Source: Nemertoderma westbladi (taxonomy: Eukaryota > Animalia > Xenacoelomorpha). From it: DNA of 64,000 bases. A program made the translations under genes and the position numbers. Each line of letters starts with the position of its first letter. The stretch's first letter is position 1. This document shows, piece by piece, positions 54,677-64,000 of the stretch. Under the pieces are notes generated by a model. It made no database searches, had not been told where the DNA came from, and saw only the letters and a list, made by a program, of their open reading frames with translations. The DNA is taken from contig JAUCBJ010007806.1 in assembly GCA_032718475.1 (NCBI GenBank), forward strand, positions 77,621 through 141,620. Direction: 5' to 3'.

Positions 54677-56139
54677 TACTACTACTACTGCTACTACTAG
54701 GATCGGCATGCTGCATTGCAGCTGCATTTTTAAGAATGCTGTGCCGGCTTATCGACAAAATTGCACCGCCACAACTCCATATCACCCATGACATTTGCTA
54801 GATCAGTGTCCTTTAAGATCAGTGTCCAATGCCAGTGTCCTTTAAGATGCGTCTCAAGAAAGTCATGGGCTGTCCACCATGCTTATTCACTCCATGAGGC
54901 TGCCAAAGTACAAGATTATGCACTGGCTGGTCCTCACGGCAAAAGCAATGTCCTGCAAAGCGGATGCGATTTTGTTCTAGTATCAAGCTTGGAGGAACTA
55001 ATGAGACACCTCCAATGTTATATAGTGTCTGGTTGGAGATGTGTGCATTGTACTTGACACAATGAACCAGGCGTAGCATTCATGTGAATGTGCCATCCAG
55101 AGATTTGGTGTCCTCAGCAGTTAGAGCCCAGCATGGACTCCCATAGAGGAGTACTGGAACTACTGCTGCGCTAAATAATTGGACGTTAAGTTTTCGATTA
55201 ATTCTCGGTACTTCCAAATCCTGGAAAGCCTATTCAAGGCTGCCCCTGCCTTTCCCTTACGTATTCGAAGGTCCTCACCTGACTTCCGGATCCATGATCC
55301 CAGGTAACAGAAGTCATCCACATGCTCAAGCATACCATCTTTTGAGCTTATGCTCATCCGATCAGAGACTTGCTGAGGACTTTCAAATTTAACTGTCAAA
55401 ATTTTGGTCTTTCTGGAGTTAATAAAAAAAGCAGCACTAGAAGCAGCATGTTCTAATGAACTGAGGAGCCGTTGGGCTCCCTCTAGTGATTCTGAGAGTA
55501 CTCCTAAGTCATCAGCAAAGTCTAGATCAGTTAGGTACTTGGCAGGATTTCCTCGACTTCTGGAGCCAGTAGGTGGAGTTATCATCACCCCATCATCATT
55601 ATGATGATCTAAGGACATGCGTAGAACATAGTCAACAATTATGAACAAGAATGGTGCAAGTGTGTCTCCATGGAGGACGCCCCATAACACTTCAAATGGT
55701 TCTGTGTCACCGTCAACAGTAGGCCTAGACACAAATGTTGTCGAACCATCGTATACTAATCTGATTGCTGCAATTTCATCAGGAATCCCATATAATGAAA
55801 GTATGCTGAACATACGTGAGCGAGAGACTGAATCAAAGGCCTTGAAGAAGTCAACAAAGATAACAGCCAGATGCCTGTCTTTCTTTTTTGATAACTCTTC
55901 AATTATCCTTCTAAAGTGCCAAAATGGGCTCCATGGTCCCACGACCTTTATGGAACCCATTCTGATTTCCACGGAACAGTCTCTCAATGGGATCCCTGAT
56001 GCGATTTAATAGAATCCTATTGTATAGCTTTGCAGCAATCGAGATCAATGAGATTCCCCGAAAAGAACCATAGAGTGTTAGGTTCCCCTTCTTGGGAACT
56101 GGCACAAACTTATTTGTTTTCATTTCTTGTGGGACTCTT
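54677..56139 (-). mobile_element. 5'-truncated, frameshifted RTE-clade LINE (copy 1) in the intron between the FN3 and TM exons
   Basis: RT motifs PKKGNL..FRGISL, NQNGF, FVDFFKAFDSV, GDTLAPFLF, LDFADDL, FCYLGS, then R.RFAGHC.R...LVLWQP. (TAG)n-type 3' tail at 54677-54699. Confidence 0.92.
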
Positions 56140-56248
56140 GTTGTTCGGTACATGTCTACTACAGTAGGATGGGATAGATGAACTTTAAACACTCAGGTAT
56201 TTTAAAGAACTCACAATTAAACAATTGTAACAACTCGTTGTATCTCAC

Positions 56249-56869
56249 CTGATGCTGGTTCACCTTCTATTATAGGAGTTGGATCCTGACAGCCAAACTT
56301 ATTACAGGCCACCACTGAGAAATAATGACGTTCATTGGGTAATCCTGAGACGATTATGTAAGAATCATTTGTATTTCCCGTTGTTATAGTAACAAGATTT
56401 CCGTTACTGTTTGTGTACTCAACTCTAAACCATTGAATAGATCCCCCATTGAATCCTGGTGTCCAACTAACTATAACTCTGGAATTATCAACTGCTTCTA
56501 CTTTAACTCCAGTCGGCATATGTGGAGGTCCTATAGGTTCCAACCTAACGTCACATTCAACCTCAGTATTACTGCTAGGGATACCATTTCCAACCCTCCC
56601 ATAGTAGGTTAGATTAAGATCACCACTGGTTACATCATATATCATTAGACTTATGACAGCAATATTTTTATACCCAAAGTTCTCCACTACAACAACTGAT
56701 GTTCTATATTTATCACCATCGGGCAGCTCCTTATTTAAGTCAACTTCACTAAGCCAATAATAACTCGATACAGCTGGATAACTTTCCAATGTACATGTTA
56801 AAGCAACGACATTCCCAACATCTCCTATAACAGTTCGCTCTGTGTCATTGCGAATCCAATGTGGTTTAT
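56249..56869 (-). CDS. gene A exon: I-set-like Ig domain + nephrin-type fibronectin III domain
   Basis: 621 bp, phase 1-1 (ttcttag|AT AAA CCA ... TCA G|gtgaga). VALTCTLESYP..YYW marks the Ig domain. GPPHMP...VSWTPGFNGGSIQWFRVEY...VSGL...YFSVVACNKFG is the FN3 signature of nephrin/SYG-2/Sidestep-like proteins. Confidence 0.9.
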
Positions 56870-56917
56870 CTAAGAAAATCGAAAAATATTTTATTTTATT
56901 TGAAACAATATTTGTTA

Positions 56918-57548
56918 TACTACAACTACTACCAGGTCGAGCGAACTCGGACAGTGGAAATGAGATCATTCCAGGCTTTCCGATTCTCCATAGTTGTGGC
57001 AATTTCGTTTCTCCCAAGTTCAGTATCCCTTTCAAGTTGATCTATATATATTATGGCCGGTTGTCCACGACTACGCTTTCCATGAGTTGGTTGCCAGAGA
57101 AGTAGATCTGGTATGACCTCGTCTTTACTTCGCCAGCAGTGCCCACCGAATCTTAATCTGCGTTCACGGAGGGTGGTTGATACAGGTGGTATTGTACCAT
57201 AAAGCTCGGTGTTTGTCATGTGTTGTCTCCAGCTGATGTTTAGGGCTGCCCTTAGTAGTCTTGTGTAGCAATCATCAATTCGTTGTCCAAGTGATTTAGT
57301 CAGTGTCCAGGTCTCACCCCCGTATAAAAATACACTTTCCACTGTGGCTCGAAAGAACTTAGTCTTCAGGTGCCTGGGAGAGATCTGATTTCCAGATGGT
57401 ATCCATTTTTGATAGAGCTACCCAAGCCTTTGCTTTCCTAACTTCTATGTCCTTTTTGCTACTCTTTATCCATGATCCTAGGTACTGGAAGTCGTGGACC
57501 TTCCTTAGTTTATTATTATCAATGGTTGTCAAGTTTCCATCAACATTA
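56918..57548 (-). mobile_element. 3' fragment of a second RTE-clade LINE family
   Basis: DFQYLGSWI..KAWVALSKMDTIWKS, then ESVFLYGGETWTLT..RLLRAALNISW..RRLRFGGHCWRS..LLLWQP. TAG-repeat tail at 56918-56931, ~50 bp upstream of the exon acceptor. Confidence 0.9.
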
Positions 57549-58619
57549 TTTTGCGGGCCCTTAAGATATATGTGAAATTCAACGCATTTATGCAAGCGTT
57601 TTATAGTAGTAGTATATGGGATTTATTTTCGGATATGTGCAATATAATTTTTACAGCTTGGAACATCAATGTTAGGCTTATTTTTGGTTTACCCTTTAAT
57701 TCACATCGCTATTGATAATTAATTAAAATTTAGGAGTCCTATGATAATGTTACTATCTCATTTATTAGTAACTTGTTAAATCCTGTAAATCTAGTTTACT
57801 TTTCTTAACTGAGTATGTTATTCAGACTGTGAAACACGTACTGTACAAGTTCTAAAGGAACATAGCTAATTCTTGTGGTATCTCGTGCTTAAATAATCTT
57901 TCACTCAGTATAATAAACACTCAAAGTTACGCACCGTCATTACCTGGTAATAATTGGAAACTCGATTTTTGTAGGGAACTTATAGATATTCGAATTGGTA
58001 AATTGGAAGTTGATTATTTTGATACGGATGAGCTGTCAGACATTTTGAAATATATATCTACCAGTTAAAAGTTAAAAGTGCTATAAAATTAATATCTATA
58101 TAATTTCATATTTACTTATTTACTTAGTACTTTCCTGTTATATACTGTTTACGGTTAATTAATACTTTACCGGTCGTACCTTATATCTTATCCTCCTTAC
58201 CTTACCTTTATTACTTGTGCTTATTCTATATTCTATAATTTGTCCTTGACTGTACTTATCTTTTGATAATGTAGGATAATAATAATATTTAAACATAAAA
58301 AATCTATACAAGCAACAATAGAATACAAAACAAATATATTGTTAAATACATACAAAATACATATACTTTCTATACATACGTACATTTAAAAAAATACAGA
58401 ATCATATTGTATGTTACTAAAAACACTATACCTATTCAGTATTCACCTACCTATCTGTAGATTTGTGCATTTGTGCAATGCATTATACGATTTTACATAT
58501 ATTCAATATCAGATCTATCTATAATCGGCCAGCTGCATTAAAGCTGCACATTGAGATGCTATGCTGGCTTGACAAAAATATTTTGCCACCAACATGCAAT
58601 CCACAATTGACAAGCCCAA

Positions 58620-59365
58620 TGCAGCGTGCATTAAGAATGCTATGCCAGATTATCAACAAAGTTGCACCGCCATGATCCCAGGTAACAGAAGTCGTCCACA
58701 TGCTCAAGCATACCATCCTTTGAGCTTATGCTCATACGATCAGACATTTCCTGAGGAGTTTCAGAGTTAACTGTCAAAATTTTGGTCTTCCTGGAGTTAA
58801 TAAAAAGACCAACACTAGAAGCCGCCTGTTCTAATGAGCTGAGAAGCCGTTGGGCTTCCTCTAGTGATTCATAGAGTACTCCTAAGTCATCTGCAAAATC
58901 TAGATTAGTAAGGTACACTTCGAATGAATCTGTGTCACCATCAACAGTATTAGTAAAATGTCGTGGAACCATGATAACACTGATCTGATTGATGCTATAA
59001 TTTCATCAGGAATCCCATATAATGAAAGTATGCTGAACATACGTGAGCGAGAGACTGAATCAAAGGCCTTGAAGAAGTCAACAAAGATAACAGCCAGATG
59101 CCTGTCTTTCTTTTTTGATAACTCTTCAATTATCCTTCTAAGTGCCAAAATGGGCTCCATGGTCCCACGACCTTTACGGAACCCATTCTGATTTCCACGG
59201 AGCAGTCTCTCAATGGGATCCCTGATGCGATTTAATAGAATCCTATTGTATAGCTTTGCAGCAATCGAGATCAATGAGATTCCCCGAAAAGAACCATAGA
59301 GTGTTAGGTTGCCCTTCTTGGGAACTGGCACCAACTTATTTGCTTTCATTTCTTGTGGGACTCTT
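58620..59365 (-). mobile_element. RTE LINE copy 2 (same family as 54677-56139) with two internal deletions
   Basis: Direct alignment to copy 1; lacks the equivalents of ~54772-55293 and ~55539-55687. Confidence 0.92.
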
Positions 59366-60859
59366 AGAGTCAGATAGTGGGCCGTTGTGTGAGGTAATTC
59401 TGGAGGGCACATTACTGCCCCCGTGCTTCCGGCGCCCCTGACAACAAGCAAGTTTTTTTATTTAGGATAACGTAAAGAACGCATGTTTCATAAACATGAC
59501 GTTTACATAAATTTCATGATCTTGCTTTACGAATATTACGTCTTGTAGAATACGTATCAAATTATCGCAATACGTATCAGTTTCGAAAGAAAACAAAACA
59601 ATAAACCGGTCTATATAAAGCTCAACAAGGAAACTCCAGTTGGTGAGGAATCCCTGCCTGCCTGCTAATATTATCAACCTTTAATACAATTTACTAGCGT
59701 GATGGCCCCTTATCCACCACGTATACTGCAAGCTAAACTGCCGATAGGTAAGGGTTGTATCGAGTACAATTTATAAAATATAAACAACAATTTATCTTAA
59801 ATTTTCCCACAAAACAAATTCTGTATATTTCTATACACCGCACCGCTGTCGACGGTAGTAAAAGGAAGGAAACTATACGCAATACTAAACCTGGTTATCT
59901 CGTGGATGAATTTGCCGATATTCTCTAATTTTCACTTCTACTCTGTAAAGTAACTGTAAGAGTGTCAAACTAATGATTGTGAGAGAGAGATGATTAGCTA
60001 TCTAAATACCCAAATACATTTATTTCTGGACAGTGGATAATGCTGTAGCTGAAACTTGGTATATAAGCTTACTCACCCCCAACAAAGTCAAAATAATTTA
60101 AGATGAAGTGAAATGAATATTAGTATCCCAATGAGACCCAAACGTAAGCCAAACGATGAGCGCTGATACCAAATATATATCAACACTCTCCCCCCTTTGC
60201 ACTTCCGTGCTGCCTGTGTGGTTATTATGATGGGGTATCCCGGTTCAATTTGGCCCAAACCCAAGTACAGGAAATAGTTAAAGCACCAGTTAACCTAATG
60301 GAATTGTGTACATCAACCTAATGAGACCCCCCTCCCCTTGTGGCTTGCCCAGTCCAACTTACTGCCCTTATGTTTCACTCGTGTTGTGTAACATCATCCA
60401 TCCATTTTGGGCTCCTGCAGTCGGCCGGTACGGCTCGACCTCCTCACTCCATAATTATATTAGACGGAGAATGCGCCTCTCATGTTAAAACAATGGGGTT
60501 TTAATTCCGAACCGATCACTGGATGTCTTTATCGCATACTGATTTGCAAAATTACCAACACAAACAAATAATTGGGTTAATACATATCTATAGGTACGAA
60601 TACATTTAACGGTACAAAAATCAGAACTTGGATATAAGATAAATTCAATACAATAATCTGAAACAAAATTCAATATAAAATCTTGAAGAGTAATAAGAAT
60701 ATAGGTCTGTTTTGCAACCATATAATAACAAAACTGGTTTTTACCGGTTCCAGTAAGTTCTCGTTGACATTGCATAAAATTCAGTAAACCGGTTTTTACT
60801 TGGATATGAGTGATATGAGTAGCTACTAGCTTTCTTATTCGTCCAGCAAACAGATAAAT

Positions 60860-60915
60860 GGCCAATCACAGCGCCCTTCTTATCACCTACATGGAATGGG
60901 CCTGGCGCATGCGCA
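60860..60915. promoter_or_regulatory. CCAAT box plus NRF1-like palindrome
   Basis: GGCCAATCACAGCG at 60860 and GCGCATGCGC at 60905 in otherwise AT-rich DNA. Motif match only; no transcript evidence. Confidence 0.3.
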
Positions 60916-61344
60916 TAACTGAACAGTATCTAAATCAATTTAGAAGGGCCACCCGTTTAGGTAGAAATGTATTGGCACAAAATAAATGAGTTTTTTCCTG
61001 TATTGCTACTGCAGTACGTACAGAGTTTAACACCGCCCCGGAAAACATCAACAGCGATATTATGATTGTCGCAAGATGTTTTCCCCAAATATAACCTTCA
61101 TATAACCTATATTATGCACAATTCAATTCTAAAATACTTATTCCAAATTAAACTGACCTATATTAAGCACAATTCAATTAACTAAAAATACTTATTCCAA
61201 ATTAAACTATCATAACATGACGGGTGGGTCTTGACGTATGAACACAAAATAATTCTAAAATATACTTAAATACTTCATTCATAATGACTATCATAAAAAA
61301 TCAAAAAATAAAGTTTCTGCTGAATTTGCAAAAAAAAATATTAT

Positions 61345-61416
61345 CTTTCTTACAGAATCGAACCTGGACATATTACTTTCAAAGTCCGGCGCTCTACCGA
61401 ATGATCTATCATGCTA
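61345..61416 (-). mobile_element. degenerate tRNA-derived sequence (SINE head or tRNA pseudogene)
   Basis: Minus strand GATAGATCATTCGGTAGAGCGCCGGACTTTGAAAGTAATATGTCCAGGTTCGATTCTG has an A-box-like segment, a B box GGTTCGATTC and a CT-TTG-AA anticodon-like loop. The anticodon stem does not pair. Confidence 0.6.
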
Positions 61417-62973
61417 CGCAAGATAAAGTGTTAAATATAGTATGAAGATAATAAAGCCTTTCTTTCAATATAATAATTTTATCTTCTTTCGGGTGACAAA
61501 CATATTGCCTGGTTGCTTAGTAACACTATAAACAATAACACTACACAATCAAGAAATAACACAAATTGTTTTACATTGCAATAAAGCCTTCAAACATTAT
61601 TATAATGGTGTATAATTTTTAAAATAAATATGGTAATAAACATATTCCTTAGTAACGCTATAAACAATAACACTATAATGATATGTTGGAGGAAAATGAT
61701 TCAAAGAAATAACACATATTTGTTGTACAGTGCAATCAAGTTTACAAAATATATACTATCATTTAAAATAAAGCAAATTTACTGAATGCACAATAATTAT
61801 GTAATAACAGGATCCCCTTTACATATCCCCCCCCCTTTTTTTTCTGATTATAGAGCAAATCGTATCACCTTCAGGTCTTGGGTGGGCATCGGGCAAACAT
61901 GTCTTTGAGTCTCAGAGTTTACTTGATTCTTAGATATGGAAATTTTCCCGTGCAGGTTTACGACATCGGCAATGACCAATCGCTATACCTGCCGCCGCAG
62001 ATGGCGTTCTATCCCTGGACTTTCGCCCCAAGACTTGGCCCGGAAGCCTCTGTGTTGCGCCAACCACCGTCCTGACCGAACATTTCGAATAACCTTCTTC
62101 GGATAGGATTCAGCGCCCGGTTTAACCGTCACCGCGCATTTCTCAATGACTCCTTCGACGCAAGAATCAACGAGTTGTTTATGTTTATATAGAATTTCAT
62201 TCCTACATCCCGATCTATTGAAGGGTTTCTTTACACAATTATGGTAATTCCAACCAAATAGCGGTTCGATTTCATTATAATGGTCGCTAACGATGGAGAC
62301 ATAGTAGCCAGCCATGTCATTACGTAGTATATAACATTCCAAGTAGAGATATAGGTTTATTACAATTTAACTGTGAATCATCAATCCCAAAGTTAATTTA
62401 TTTCCCTTCCCAACCTCGGTCGATACAATTTTTTCGGTAGGTCAGCCTTTAACGTCAAATTAAATTTGGGAACACCTAATTTCCCTCCCAATTAAAATAA
62501 ACGCCAGAATGGATGAATATGATATTATTATGTTTCACAACTTTATGAATGAAACAACCAATATAAGATCTGTGCGCATGTTGGTCCGCCCCATGGTCCG
62601 TTTCAACAACGCCGCGACAGCACGCACTACTCTGGACAGTCGCATTATCGACCAATTGTACATATGGGAATCTAATGGCTCGTTTGAATTTTTGCAATAC
62701 CGCTACATAACTTTGGTGTTGTTTGTTCAAAGTTTGAAAATATAAAATTACAATTTTCAAAAAATGAAATGCTTACGAATTCTCAAAAAAAAAAAATAAT
62801 AATAATAATTCAAACAAAAAAAAAAAACGTATTTTTTCAAATATAACACATGAGGCAGTGGAATTACAGGTTCCAGAATACACCGCCCCAATATACAGTA
62901 CGTTAAACTCGTATATTTTAAACTTACATGGAATTACATATACACAGTTATGTAATTTGTTATTATTTTGTGA

Positions 62974-64000
62974 TTAATTTGTGGGCGCTTTGCCCGCTTC
63001 ATTTTTAACTTTCTTTTTCTTAGGGATGATATAGTCCCCGTGTTCGTAGCGTGCTTCTTCCAACAATACTAATTGTTGGATTGGCCGCAGTAGAAGGTCA
63101 TTTTTGATACTTTTAACTGAAACAGTTCTTATTATTCCATTCTGGGATGGATGTGTTTTCACAACGACCCCTGTTAACCACTCGCGCCGTTTCATGTCCT
63201 CATCTGCGATGAGGACCATGTCACCACGCTTCAGATTTCGAGTTTGTTTATACCATTTTGATCTTTGTGAAAGAGTCGGTAGGTAGTATTTGATCCATAA
63301 CTCCCAGAAGTTATTGGTCAGATATTGATTAACCTCCCAACTTTTCTTACTGTAGAGATCTCTCCTGTCATGTACAGACACTGGTAGTAAGGGTGTAGGT
63401 GGTTCTTCTCGCCACAACATACCTACCTCATAATGTCCATTATCTAATAGTTTAGTTGTCCTGTTCATTATGTCTATCGCCCGTTGGTCGTCTGCGGATA
63501 GGGCTTTGTCATAACAATTTCGCTCTGCGGCATCTTGGTCTAACCATTGTAATACTTTATGAATCATCATCCTTTCTTCATCAATATAATCATATGCTAA
63601 TTGTTTCCTATCCTCGATAATGTTATGATTTCTAATTGTCTCTAATACTTCCTGCTTGGTTATGGCAGTTATATTTTTGCAAAAAAGGGTCAATATAGTA
63701 TGGTCCCTCTTATATTCATCAGGGTCGAATAACACCTGATGCATCCTTCCAACCTCTTCCTCTGCGTCTTCCTTGGGATCCTCATCCATTAATTTCAGGG
63801 AATCAATGTGATAGAAATCTGTGTCTGACGGAAATCCGAGTGGGTTAGTCAACAAGCAACTTTCCTCTACTGTAGTTACGTCTATCTCGGATACATTTTC
63901 ATCATTAAAATCGGAAGGGTGTTTCACTTCTGACGTCATTGTGTTAGTTTGATAGTCATCTATTTCAAATGATTTGTTATTAGTGTTAGCTAACCATTCT
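62974..64000 (-). mobile_element. BEL/Pao LTR retrotransposon pol remnant with RT-RNaseH-integrase core deleted in frame; frame open to the window edge
   Basis: SADDQRAIDIM..KLLDNGHYEVGMLWRE (pre-RT motif of BEL/Pao) joined directly to the DUF5641-type C-terminus FWELWIKYYLPTLSQRSKW...GDMVLI...W..G.V....P..NG.IR.V.VK...RPI..LVLLE. Putative PPT TGGGGCGG followed by TGT at 62890-62880. Confidence 0.85.

Noticed and set aside
53271-56869. Naming gene A as nephrin (NPHS1) or Alr
   Set aside because: Only domain architecture and an FN3 motif are shared; orthology cannot be shown without a phylogeny.
60071-60210. Minus-strand Copia-like PPT+TGTTG, PBS-like TGGTATCAG and a GTGAGT donor
   Set aside because: The PPT and PBS are only ~15 bp apart with no LTR between them, and all three frames have stops before the donor. 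At most this is a non-coding exon.
61345-61416. Functional tRNA-Gln(TTG)
   Set aside because: Anticodon and acceptor stems do not pair; kept only as a degenerate tRNA-derived element.
61878-62760. Short ORFs 61983-62342, 62476-62760 and 62509-62745
   Set aside because: No recognisable motifs; they lie where the BEL element's 3' LTR or other TE sequence is expected.

Overview
AT-rich eukaryotic (invertebrate animal-like) genomic DNA. I cannot identify the species. Bases 1-~39,165 are one head-to-tail 45-bp satellite (~870 monomers, running off the left edge). It is built from a few recombined variant sites, with a 49-bp variant and local higher-order repeats; its giant ORFs are artefacts. The remaining 25 kb holds a minus-strand cluster of Ig-superfamily receptor exons: (B) a signal peptide + novel N-domain + Ig exon (46243-47083) splicing to an Ig + Ig-like exon (42907-43509); (P) a truncated paralogous first exon (49799-50110); (A) an Ig + nephrin-type FN3 exon (56249-56869) splicing to a TM + Tyr-motif-rich tail exon (53271-54286). 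All inferred coding junctions are phase 1, and together the exons outline an SP-N-Ig-Ig-Ig'-Ig-FN3-TM-tail receptor family in tandem. The two N-domain copies differ mostly by amino-acid-changing substitutions, concentrated in one half, so this is a candidate diversifying immune/allorecognition-type receptor cluster. The giant satellite probably lies in an intron of gene B. The introns and intergenic DNA carry RTE and other LINE fragments, an internally deleted BEL/Pao element, two TIR elements that each host a minisatellite (68 bp and 31 bp), a 20-bp minisatellite, a (CA)-rich repeat and a tRNA-derived SINE head. All counts are by eye.
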